A DNA stretch of 64,000 nucleotides from Guillardia theta CCMP2712 (lineage: Eukaryota; Protista; Cryptophyta): assembly GCF_000315625.1 (NCBI RefSeq), contig NW_005434668.1:4852-68851 (forward strand), in the 5' to 3' direction. The first letter of the stretch is position 1. Each line of letters begins with the position of its first letter. This document shows positions 1-12,025 of this stretch, piece after piece. The notes under the pieces are model-generated. The model saw only the letters and a program-made list of their open reading frames with translations. It ran no database searches and was not told the origin of the DNA. The translations under genes were made by a program, and so were the position numbers.

Positions 1-200
1 CTCGCTCCCCTCGCTCCCTTCGCTCCCTTCGCTCACTCGCTCTCTTGCCCCCTTCGCTCCCTCCCTGGCTCCCTCCGATCGCTCCCTCGCTCCCTCGCTC
101 CCTCGCTCCCTCGCTCCCTCGCTCCCTCGCTCCCTCTCCTCGCTCCTTCTCCTCGCTCACTCGCTCGCTCCCTCGCTTCCTCGCTCCCTTCCTCCTCTTT
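1..200. repeat. Low-complexity (CTCGCTCC)n-type tandem repeat, probably inside an intron of the Cdc14-like gene
   Basis: Repeated ctcgctcc/ctcgctccct units. It follows a GTAAAG donor-like site on the minus strand just after the P-loop codons. Confidence 0.85.
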
Positions 201-233
201 CCTTCTGATAAATCGCGGGTACTCTGCCTTTAC

Positions 234-1529
234 ACGCCAAAGGCCGGCAGAGCAATGAACAGCAGCGACTGATGAAGATGATTCAGAGATGGTCAAGAAT
301 CTGCAAACTCGCAATCATTCCATCCTTCTCCTTTTTCATCAAGTCGTTAGTGTTCTACCTGTCTACCGTAGCATCGGACGGCGTTGCCCGAGCGTTGCAG
401 TAGATATCGTGATGTCGAAAACCTGGCAAACATGTTCAGACCACGATGATGGTAACAATAGTCTAACGACTATCAGCATTCAAAAAATCTCTTGGATCGT
501 AACTGCAGAAACAGAAAACATTGTCATCGAGTGCGATTTTTCCCTGGCAAAATCTTGAAGTTGCAATCAAAAAACTGCCTGTATCCATTCAAGCGGATGA
601 TATACTCAACGTTCATGGACTTCAGAACATTGATGTAGTCAGCTGGAGTGTGCGACACAATTCCATCAGGATTCATTGCTCTCTGTGTTCCTTTCAGGAA
701 AGTTTGTCCTCAAACCTTCTCTCTCGGGCTCTTGAAAGCAACAAACTTCCCTTCGACAACCTTGTTCAGATTTCCATTACCATGATTATCATAATGCTGA
801 AACGAGATTTTCAGTGCAAATTGCAATGCATCAGATGCAAAGAAAAAGGAAAAGAGAAATACCAGAGGATGGACAAGAACAAGGACAAGAAGTTTAAATG
901 AGAACATGCAATATCACGTTTGCAATCTCAAGCTCAAGTACGAAAACTCACCAGATATTCCTCAGGATCGAACCTTGATGGGTCAAACACGCCTCTCTGC
1001 ATCGCTCGTTCCAAGCTCGACCAGCAGGAAGTTAAGGAGAGCTTGAGGCTGACTGGGTCCCAAGTTGCGTCTCTGTAGCTCAGACAGACATCTCGTGGAA
1101 TGTTTGCAAAAGCCTCCATTGCTTCTGATGGAGCGACCCGCAGGGCAACGCGGCTGCCAGGCTGCTTCAGAGTGCTGATCAAGTCGACGTCAAGCATGAG
1201 CACAGGCCGCTTCTCAAGGAAGGAGATGGAAACACTTCAACAACAAAAATCAAGCGAGCAGCGTTGGAGCTAGCAACTTGAAGGATAGGCATCAAGTTGG
1301 CGAGCGTGGAGGTTGAAGAAGACCGAGACACGCTGAGTGGGGACGGGAGCCAGATAGCTATCTCCCTGGCGACCAAGGAAGAGGCTCGACGCCTGATGGA
1401 AGATATTCCCTACGAATTGGAAGGAGCGCTGGAAAGGCTGGAAAGTGTTTGAACTATACAAACCTCTTGCTCGCAGCTCCCTCCGGTCCCCTTGCGCTCT
1501 CCGGGGGCCTACGCGCCGCAGAGCAGCAT
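234..1529 (-). CDS. Cdc14-like dual-specificity phosphatase, multi-exon; 3' end runs off the window, start uncertain
   Basis: Spliced exons give, in Cdc14 order: LSYRDATW...LERAMQRGVFDPSRFDPEEY, QHYDNHGNGNLNKVVEGKFVAFKSP, HTPADYINVLKSMNVEYIIRLN, YDPRDF, FRHHDIYCNARATPSDATVDRFL, AAVHCSAGLWR (CX5R at 234-254). Confidence 0.85.
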
Positions 1530-1937
1530 GCCTCAGGCTAACGGGCTTATGGGCTGATCAGACCGTGACTCGCGGCTCGCCCCTGCCTTCCATCCTCCCT
1601 CTCTTCCCGCGCAGTCAACAACCTTGAAAGCTTGTAGTGTGGTAGATCATGTTCCTCGTCTCACAGTATGAATATCAAGTTTTGATCTGTTTATGTACAA
1701 AGCAAATTTGAATAAACAGGCTGAGCAAGCTTCATATTAGCTCCCCCTTTGACTAAAACATTTGTACCAGGAGCTAATCCTGTGGCGCCCATAAGCCCCC
1801 TATTGCTCTTCGCTCATCTCTCGCCTAATGATCCGTCTAAAGGGGGTTCCCAACCTTGGGAGTTTGGCCCATTGTCCTATAGGCCCCGGCTCAGTTAGGC
1901 CTGGTTGCTTCCGTGTCCACCGGGCCCGTCGCACCCT

Positions 1938-1967
1938 CTAAACCCAAAACCCTAAACCCGTAAACCC
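1938..1967 (+). repeat. Degenerate interstitial telomere-like / telo-box array, about four (AAACCCT)-like units
   Basis: ctaaacccaaaaccctaaacccgtaaaccc, about 15 bp upstream of an ATG at 1983. Confidence 0.6.
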
Positions 1968-1982
1968 ATCAGCAGTGAGGAG

Positions 1983-2808
1983 ATGGCTAATCACACGATA
2001 AGCATGAGGCAATAGCACGTGAGGAGCAGGAGATTACAATGTTTGGCATTTGTTGAAATTTCCAGTTAGAGGGCGAAGATTCCTTTCCAACATCTTTTTA
2101 TTTTGACCTTTTCCTTTCGAAGGACTTACGATGTCAACTTTGCAAATCATGATGGTGATGCTGGCCTTTTCGTTCATAAGGTTCGCAAAACTCAAAGGCT
2201 CTTTATGTGTTGACAAGAATGTTATCAAGCACCTCACAAGGAATGTCGTATCCTGAGGCACTACAGCGGGCGCAGAATGTGAGCACAGTGCATGCCAGCT
2301 CGTTTATGCTGATGGTTTCCAGGGAGAAGCTACGCTGGAGGTTCTCAAGGTGTTTCGAGAAGCGTACGAAGATTCAAAGAAGTCTTTCAATGAAGCATTG
2401 AAGATTGAGAGAAAAACAAACTTGGCTGCCCTGCTCCTCGATGTGGCAAATCGACAGGCTGATCCCGGTGAGAGATTCACTTGAGGCAGTGCAGTGAATG
2501 ACCATTGTTCAACAGCTGTCTTCATGAAGATGTATCGCGAAGCCGAAGCTCTATCACTGGAGGTCATTGCTGTTGCTCCTGCAGACGACGCTGCAAACTC
2601 CAACCTCAAGGCAGCTCGAAACAGCATGCAATTGAGGTGAAGAAATGGATTCTTGTGACGTCAATGCCGACTGTTGCTGCGGTAGGTTTCCCCAAGGATA
2701 TGACATGGATGATGATGTTCAAGCTTCCAGGTTCTTGCAATGATGCTGATATATCAATACATGATGTTGTAGAGCAGCTCGGAAGAAGATGACGGAATAG
2801 AAGGATAC

Positions 2809-2841
<33 letters not shown>

Positions 2842-4738
2842 AAAGAAGATCAAGTTGAATCTGATACCAAGAAAAAGGCCAATTTGCAGCAGTTTAACAC
2901 GAATTACGTCAAACAGGATAATGTAAGCACTACTCTCTTCATGCTTTTGTTCGGAGTGTATCTGATGTATTGTGATCACCAACTCCTGTGTCGGCTCTGG
3001 ACTGCAGGAAGAAGTCGACTACAGGCAATGTACATTCCATGCTTGAAACCTTTGTAATGATGTTTGGTTTATTAGGGATCAAGAAGGAGAGGAGGATGTA
3101 GAACATATCTTCGCATGTACTTTTCAATATTTGAACTCATCGGCTTTCTTCAGGAAGACCAGGGCTCGTACATAATCACTGAAGAAGATGAGGAGGAAGA
3201 AACATTCGTCGGACGGATGGACAAATTCTCAGCTGTTTGCCATGGCAAAGAGAAAAAGACGTGTGAAACTTTGCAAGAGGTCTACCTGACATGTAAAACG
3301 GCTAACAATGATGTCTTTTACTGCAGAGAGGATTGAACAAGTGGTCCCTGTCCACTAAGGCATGGAGTGAAATCTTGAGCGCGATCAAAGATGGCGGACT
3401 GGCTGTAGTCACCAATGCTCTTCAAACCACGATTGCAGGCACCTCGTTGATATTGCCATACTCCTCCCATCATTGAGCATTCAAGCCTAGATCGCATTTT
3501 TCAAGATCTGTCTGGCCTCTCTGCAGAATTCTTTGCTGTACAACAGGAGAAGGTGGGATATTCAGATCCTGGTTTGGTCTTGACATGATGAAGGCTGCGT
3601 ACAAGCAATACCGTAACAGCAACTTGCTTGTGCAACATTATTCCCCCGGAATCAAAGAAATCAAAAGGTTTTTCGACTCAACCGAGATACGGTAATTGAG
3701 TTAGCCATCAATTGATCAGAATTGACTGGGTCCAGGAATGTGCTGGGCAAGGTTTCTGGGGTGAATCTTGATGGTCCTCTGCTCTTTGATGTTGTGTATC
3801 GGCGACCTGGCGATCACGAGCGCATGCGATCAACAGCAGACAATCATCGCGATGAGAAGCAGAAGGTCCTGGAATATTCCAAAGATGAACCTGTTAGGGT
3901 TTAGGGCCTGCTGACATGTTTGCTGCAGTCCTACAGGAAGAGAATTGGATTTAGGATTGAACTTTGCAAGGATTGGAACCCATCTTGGGGAGGAGAATAC
4001 TTGTGGAATGCCCCGCTCTACGTTAACAAAGCTTCGTTCAACAAGCTTTACCTGTTTGCCGCAGGTCCAGCTGCTGCTGTGCAGGTTCTTTTTCCTGAAG
4101 TTATTGAGAGCTGTTAATGCTTTTCAATCACAGAGACTCTCCACTAAGGTTGAAGTGAGTGATGCTGAGTCGTTTTCATCGACCAAACACTTTGTGGTAA
4201 GTTTGGAACAACGACCTGCACCGATTGTGTTGTTATGCTGTCTTCCTGACTGTTCTTATTCTTTGCTAGATCGAAGGCTGGTATACTTCCTCAAAGATAT
4301 ATGACTCAAAGCTACTTGAGAAGGTCTGCCTCATCCATCTATCTCTTGCTCCCAGAAACACAATAAGCTGCGTGCTCCTTTGCCTGATGTTCTTCCTGAC
4401 GACTCATCTTCCTCGTCCACTGTCAAACTGGCCTTCATGTCTCCTTCTATTGCTGCCTTGTGCTTTCTTGTGTCCTCGCTCCCTTCTTTCCACATCCACG
4501 TTTGCGATGTTCGTTTCTCGAGTTTCCACTAGATATACATCTCCCTCTTGTTTCCCTCTACAACATCACCCTCCAGCTCTCATCTGATCACACGGCTTCG
4601 GCTATCCATGAACTCGTCTTGATACAAACCTCTCACGATCTGCAGGGCATGAGGAAGAAGTCGCGAGCGCATGGCGCCGTCGGCGTCGCTGTGGACGGAA
4701 CAAGCGCAGAGATAGCCGAGCTCGCTGTTGTGGATTGA
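1983..4738 (+). CDS. Multi-exon protein: TPR-like helices, Asp-rich linker and C-terminal degenerate 2OG-Fe(II) oxygenase-like domain; start uncertain
   Basis: Exons read YREAEALSLEVIAVAPADDAANSNLKAA (TPR-like), a poly-Asp tract near 2800-2840, then YRRPGDH, ELCKDWNPSWGGEYLW...SFNKLYLF and HFVIEGWY, typical of the prolyl-hydroxylase-like 2OG-FeII_Oxy_3 fold. Confidence 0.6.
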
Positions 4739-4883
4739 CGCACTATATTTGACTGAAAATTCTACTGAACTTTCTAGTGAATGAATTTTAAACAAAAAAT
4801 GATTTTCTACTCATAGAGTGGTAACTAAACGTTTATACGACAATAACTAGTAATTAATTTTAGTCATCTTTTGAAGAGCCGCC

Positions 4884-5500
4884 ATGTTGGTGAGTTTTGA
4901 TTTATGAGGTTGGAGGAATAGAGAGAGACAAACATGATGCGACGAGTCTGAATCATGAAAGTTTATGATTGCCATGAATACCATGATGGTGATTGCACTG
5001 ATAATGATGACGACGGTGAAGAAGACAATGCGATAGGCAAATGATCATGTGATGGTCATCGAAATAATGATCCTGATGATGAGTGAAGTGGTATTAGTGA
5101 TAGTGCAATGCGATTTTGCTTTGTCACCAGCAGTGCTAAGCTTTACTTCCCCAGTCTGACACACCAGTTTTCTCTATGCTGTTTCACAAGAAAGTGAAGG
5201 TAAACAAGGTCTCAGTTAACTTCAACTAACTTGCCTTTAGGCCGCTCCTTGCGACCAGGCTCCTTGCGGTAAACCACCTTCTGAGAGTGCAGGCCGATCG
5301 GTTCTGACTCGTGCAGGCACTGGCATGTCCTATCTTGCTCCTTCCTACAAGAGAACGGTGAATGGAGGAGGAGGAGGAGGAGGAGGAGGAGGAGGAGGTG
5401 CACTGAAGATGTGCAGGCATCCATCGTTGAGCGAGCAGAGGCTGGAGTACCGCAAGGCGCTGGCATTGGCACCAACGCTGTGTTCGGATCTCTTGGGTGA
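4884..5500 (+). CDS. Small 83-aa orphan protein, four exons (4884-4889, 5155-5199, 5241-5357, 5417-5500); not in the ORF track
   Basis: gccgccATG context, three phase-0 GT-AG introns (one with an ACTAAC branch point), open spliced frame MLSDTPVFSMLFHKKVKAAPCDQAPCGKPPSESAGRSVLTRAGTGMSYLAPSYKRTASIVERAEAGVPQGAGIGTNAVFGSLG*. Confidence 0.6.
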
Positions 5501-5804
5501 CCTCTTTCAGCGGGTCTGTACACCAAATCACTAACCAAGACGAAACTTTCAGGCACATCGTGGAGATGGAGCACAAGGTCCACAAGTTTCACTAGGTTGT
5601 TTCTGGTTAGACTGTGAGCTCGATGATAGTGGCTGGGTTGTGCTCATGTGGGGGCAAGATTGGGTGTTGTTGAATTGCTTTACAAGCACAAGCTTTACTT
5701 CTTGTTCTCCGAACTCATAGTTGCACTCGTAATGAACAACTTTCATAGCCATTATGTTAAAACATGTCTTAAGAACTTCGGTGGTTGGAAGAAGCATGTC
5801 TGTT

Positions 5805-8655
5805 CTACGCTCGTTCCTGACGAAGTGCGTTCATGGCGTCTTGCACGGTTTCCGCCTGAAAAACATTCAGAGAACAATCAAACAGCATTGGTCTCGACCT
5901 GCTTCTTTGCGCAGAAGCAGATGCTAAAGATGCTCAAGAAGAGCTGCAAGAACGAGACTGCGAACATCAAAGAGTAGAACACAGGGACTTGGACGGAGTA
6001 GAAGTAAGAGAGGATCTGTAGCGACAACAATCACTCTGTGTTACTCAGAGCCGCCCAAGTACCTTGAGATACTGGATCTGACTGACAAAGAGCTGGGAAA
6101 TGGAGGAGTTGTAGACATACCCCTTGAAGGCTGTGGTGCACAGCTGCTGTGATATCAGCAAAGTCTTGGTCACATCCAACATCCACCTGTGTGCACGACA
6201 CGGAGCAGATGAGGATGAGGCCGACATTGAACAAGAATGAGTTCATCATGGTGCCGTTCAGTCGGAGAGGGTGAACCTGCCTCTCCGTTAACAGACTGGT
6301 TCCTTCACCTCCAATCTTACAGATATCAGGAAAAATCGCCCAGCAAACTTGATTGAACCCTAGAGCATCACGTGAGGTAGAGAAGGAAGCAAAGCTCAAC
6401 CAAGCAAGGGTACTTCACCTTGACACAACAGATAAGAATGTAGAAAGCGAACACCTATGAAGCAGGTCAAGATTCCAATCCAAAGATTGCGAGCTCGTAC
6501 CCCGTATGCAACGATGCCAAATAAAGGAAAAGCATCGGACAACTGTTCGCAAGACAAAAGAATCAACCTGGATGCAGAAATAATGATGCACGGGACCACT
6601 GACCTTCAAGAAAACATTGCTCAAGTACGGGCCAGCGAGCCCCTGAATACAACTTCAATGGATACAACGAGACAGTGATTCAAACATTTACATACCTTCA
6701 AGAAGATCTCAAAAATGATTTGAAACCACCAAGAAACCGTGATGACAGCAGCTCCAAGTCCTTGAAGGGTAAGACGGTCAAACTCAATCACATAGTTTAG
6801 ATGGCACTACCGCCAAACAATTGTAACCAAGGAATCAAGGGATTGATCTGGTTTCGTTTGTAGCAGATGTTTAACACCTTCTATGCATTCAATATCTGCA
6901 TCAAACAGAAAGAGTTGGACCTGAAGTTCATCTTCGAGATCCAGAATCATTTTCTTATATTTGTTTGTGAAACGGCGTTCCTTCAAAGCCCTTCACGAAT
7001 AGTATTGCCAAAAAGAAGATTTTTTACCTTAAATCTGTTTGGCCTGCCTCTGAACTTATCTCTCGTCTCCTTTCCAACCTGCATCCATGAAGTCAGTTAA
7101 CCTGTTCAGTAACGACGCATAAAAACACCAACCTGAATCAATTCTTCACACCGTTTCTTCAACTGAAGCTTTTTTTCCGCAAACTGTTTCAGGTCAATGG
7201 GTCTGGGCCTTCAAAGATGTGTAAGGAGTCGACAACGCGAGCATGACATGGAATACCGATTGTACCAATCGCCGATCAAATCTATCGGAAGCGCAACCAG
7301 CCCAATTCCTCCAAAAACGCTGTTGACATATCTCAGAACTCGTGCTCTGCATGTTTGAACGATCAACACACGTCATGAGCATCCAGCCAATGAAGCTCAG
7401 GAGCGCCAAAACGTAAATAACCAGCGATGTCTGAATCGTTTGAATGGCAGAGTACACAGTGATGGACCTGCATCATAGGTTCAACGGCAAAAAGACAACA
7501 TAAGAACGTACTGTACAGCACTCCAAGCAGGCCGTTGTGATGAGGGAGTATACAGATACGTCGTGTTGGTCTGTATGAAAATCTTGTCAACAAGATATGC
7601 TTAATCCATCCTTCTCGTACCTTCGAATAAGGTTGCATTACCAGCACAGGCAACTCAACATATCTGGACGTAATCAGTCGACGATGAGAAAAAGAAGTCA
7701 AATCTTACCCCACGCTAAAGTACATCCCGAGCAAGATGCTTACGAATACAAACAAGTTTACAGTTGACCAGCAGACGGTAGTGCAGATCCCTGAAGGTGG
7801 ACTCACATCAAGGCACAGGATCGCAACGGCTTACTTGTTCCCATCGGCTCTTCATCGTCCGTTTCGTACCTGCGCATCACAATCAGTATCTTGGTTTAAA
7901 AGCACAGTATCTTGGTTTACCAGAAGTACGCAAGGGGAATGAAGACGAACGTCATGATCTGACAACTGAAGTCAAGAGCAGAAGAAAATAGGAAACGAAA
8001 ATCTCATCCAGCACTCACCGCAATCATGATTAGCACTGTGTACCAAGTCTGTGCCAACCCAGCTACCAAAAACTTGTCAATGCACATTGAATATTCGCAA
8101 GCTAGTGAAGAACTTACCGGAGGCTGGACACTGAGCGTCTGTTCCGCAAGCCTGCGAGACGGAAGCATCGAAAGGCAGCAGCAACACAACACTGAGGAAA
8201 ACAATTCAAGAAGGCAAGACAAATGCATCCATAGGTCATACCTGCAAGCCAGAAATAAACCAAATAAAACTATCAATTTTGGAAGCCAAGCAGAATTTCT
8301 ATCGTCCGGATGCTGAAAGCACTGATCAGGACTCGATAAAATCATTCATCAATCAAACACCTGCATCTGGATGAGGAAAACTACACATCCTACTAATGTC
8401 AAGATGCCAACAACCGCTGCTACGATGCCATAAAGAACATAATCCACCCTGTCTCAGGGGTAAGATGAGGCGTTTTGTCACGGCATCGAATCACATTATC
8501 GGTCAGCCTTGGAGACGTGGACAAAGCAAGGCAAATTCCAGGGGCGAGATTTTTAAAGCATGCTCTGATGGACTGGATAAAACTTCAGAATAGAGGGAAA
8601 GCAAAAATGCATTGTAAGATTGTTGTGATGAGGTGGGTATAATATAAGCGTACAT
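5805..8655 (-). CDS. LMBR1/LIMR-family multi-pass membrane protein, many exons
   Basis: FQHPDDRNSAWLPKLIVLFGLFLA, YVLALLSFIGW..FFGGIGLVALPIDLI, VHPLRLNGTMMNSFLFNVGLILICSVSCTQ, QIQYLK are LIMR-family signatures. Last exon AETVQDAMNALRQERA* ends at 5805. The start ATG is probably split by an intron (AT|G). Confidence 0.88.
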
Positions 8656-9931
8656 GACGATGTTTTGCAGTCTGCAATCTGATCAACTTGTCTACCGGAG
8701 CTATCATCAGCCAAGCGTGATTGAGCTATCATCAATCAAACATGCTTCTCCATCCCTCACTCAATAAGAGATCTGTTTATTTGCCCCTAACTCCATTTTG
8801 GCTTCACTTGACAAACGATTGTAGCCCTAATGCCACTCATTCACATCGAAATATCCCTTGCAATGCTCCTGCCCACTGCCCTGAGGATACAGCAGTCTCT
8901 TTGACAATTCTCAAGGCTCCCCAATTTTGTTCCAACATACACTTCACATCGTTGCTAGGGCTATCTTCGTTGTTCTACCTCGGCTCCTTCAGTTATGTTC
9001 TGCTGTTGTTGTCCTTCCTCTACATCTTTCTTCTCTTTCCTTTTTCCCAACTTGCTCCACCTGCGCTCACAATTCCCCATATTCTTTCAGTATTTTATCA
9101 TGTATTGGTCATGAACCATTGCGCACTTCCAAGCTATTCTCCTGCTCGACATGCACATCCCGTCAACCCATCACTCTGTGCTTTACTGATTCCTGCATCG
9201 TCTCCATCGCCTCCGTCTGCCGTCTACCGTCTGCCGTCTCCACTCTTCTACTGTCTTTGTTTGAGTCGCCTTCTTGCTTCTTCCTCTTTGCCTCCCCTCC
9301 CCTTGTCTCTCCCCCTCCACCCATCTCACTCAAATTTCTCTGCAGCATTTGCATTTTCCCCGGTTTCTGAACCACCCACCCTGTTATCTAGAACAATAAA
9401 GCCTAGGACCCTACCTTCCACTGAACACCACCCCAGCTCATCTTGAAATGACCCCTCTTTTTATAAGTATTGGACTGGAATATTCAGGGGGTGGGTAGTG
9501 TCCCTACCTCATTTCTGAAATCTCCACCCCCTATTTTCTCATCGACTACACCCCAACAGCACTACCCCTACCCTTGAACATGATGGTCCAATTCTGAAGG
9601 ACCCGTACTTTGATTTGAAAATGCTCATCACCCCTGTAGGCTTTTCCTCCTCATCGACAACTCTACCCCACCTTTGCGATTGTGTATCACCCCCGTTCAC
9701 TCTGGTTGGAGGGTAGCACCACCTTCCCTACCCCTGTAGGATAGAGTAGAAATGGGGGTAAAACCACCCCTTGGGTAGTGCACTACCCCACCTTTTAGAC
9801 GATCCCGCCACCCTGTGTTCACATTTTTCTTTGGCGCGGTTTCGCCATTTGGGGTCACCATGCTTGGAGGCGCAGGAACTCAAAGTAACAGAAGAGAGGA
9901 ACTTGAATAAGAGCCAGATCAACAAAGCGCG

Positions 9932-10046
<115 letters not shown>

Positions 10047-10139
10047 CGAATCAAACGTATTCAACGCACATCAAGAAACATCGGACCAGGAATTCCACGT
10101 TTCTTTCATACCCAGCTTTCTGGCATCTTGGAAAATCAC

Positions 10140-11706
10140 ATGACATGCAAAAGAATAGTCGGGAAATCTTTCGTAGACCTATTTGGCCATTATTCGACTG
10201 CAGTATCTTGCTCCTTCAGTCCAGCAAAGAGAATTTTGGACGCATTTCTCGTTCTCTTGGCGATTGCAGGACATAAAAGGGGGTTCAGGCACCTTCATCT
10301 ATTTTTGTTGTTCACTACCTCGTATTGTCTTCCAGCATCTCTCACATTCCATGCGGGATACTTCTCCGTGTCCTCTGCTCCCGTTCTTCAGTTGGTAATT
10401 CCATTGTTCCCCCTTTCCTGTTCGATGTGTTCTGATCGATCAACAGGATTGCATTGGTTTGTTTTGCTCTGAGGTCGAGGTCACGTCGCTCTCGTGCCGA
10501 CGTGATGGCTCAGGTGTATCAGCATCTGTAACAGATTGTGAAGGATGTGGAAACTGGGCATGTGAATTTCCTCCGCTCCCAATAGGCATGAAGATGAATC
10601 CCGTGAAGATTTCTTGTGATTTAGAGCGTACGGGCCGAGGGGCAAACTTCAAGCAGGATTCATGTTCTGCGCGTTATGAGGTGATATCAGCCGATACCGG
10701 AAAGACTGATTTGAAGGAGATACACTCCAACGTTGTTCGCGATTCAGAAAAAGAAGACAAAAGAGATGTTCATGTCGCTGCTCCTCCCCACCCTGCAAAA
10801 TCTTACTCAAAGGATGGCACGGCAGAGAATAACAGCACAGCACCGATTGACTCACTGAGAGGTGATGGAGAATTTCTATTTGCAGGTCTTTTTGTGCTCA
10901 TGTTCGACAAGATACGGTCCTCAGCGATTTTTATTCTACAGGCACATCATGGAGCCTTTGGCATACTGCACTTGTCGGATTTGCTACTCTCATGCTTATG
11001 TCTATTTCTTCCTACTTTCGTTTCTCAAAGTATCTTCACTAGCAGGAAAAAGTCTTGCCCTGATACAGCGCAGGACGATCGCTATTCAACCTCTCACACC
11101 AGAAGAGCGCCAATCGATACATGCTCAGTTCTGCGCGATCGACACCGATGGATCAGGTGCTCTTGATAGGACAGAAATCAAGGTTTTGCCTGAGAATTTA
11201 TATCTTGGGTTGTTCTAATCAATGCTTCTTGCAAATCTCTGTTATTGAATCCTCAAGAATGCAATGATCAAATTTGGGATCTCAAGCATCACAGATGAAC
11301 AAGTATTGTTTCATGATCTGTCAACTTTGATTTCACTGAACATGGATGTTTCAGTTGGATTCTGTGATGTTTGAAGCTGATCTTGATGGGAATGGAGAAA
11401 TAGACGAGGCGACTCTCCTGCTCTCGTACTCCTTTCGTGACAATTCTTCAGGAAGAGTTTGCTACTCTGTTTCGCAAATTCAGGTCAAGGGGAAATCTCA
11501 ACTTCTCGAGCGTCGTGAAGAACGTCATAATGCGAGATTTCAATCACTTGAGAAGGTTGCTGAGTTTTTGACATATGAAATGATTTCTTGATCTCATTGC
11601 ACAGAAATTGGTATGATGAAGCCAAGCAATACTTTACGTTAGTAATGATATTTGTTGTGCTGATGGTCGTTTTATATCATGTAGGAAATATCGCAATGAA
11701 AGTTGA
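10140..11706 (+). CDS. EF-hand calcium-binding protein (one C-terminal EF-hand pair) with a possible N-terminal targeting sequence
   Basis: FCAIDTDGSGALDRTEIK and FEADLDGNGEIDEEEF are canonical EF-hand loops, joined by short introns including GC-AG intron 11409-11451. The 5' exons are tentative. Confidence 0.75.
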
Positions 11707-12025
11707 ACAATAGAACCAAAGTGCCCATATCACTATCACGATGAATCTCTGAACCATATGAGCAGGTTTATTAACAAGAAGTTGCGGTAACAGATACTCT
11801 TGTGATACATTGAAATACAGGAAAAAGAGTATTTCCTAATGCCATAATTGCGGTGTTCATGTGCGATCAGTCATCTGAAAGCACAAATTCTAATGCTCAT
11901 CCCCCATCGTACTCGACAAAATCCAAACAGACAAAAACTGATGACAGCCGTTCCAGAAGTCCGACAGAGAAGATAATCTGCTTTCAAAGCAAGTTTGCGT
12001 AGTTAAAGTACATAGTGTAGAAGGG

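Noticed and set aside
8721-9446. 241-aa ORF as a membrane protein
   Set aside because: Non-ATG start and pyrimidine-rich low-complexity sequence with no domain; likely UTR or intergenic DNA.
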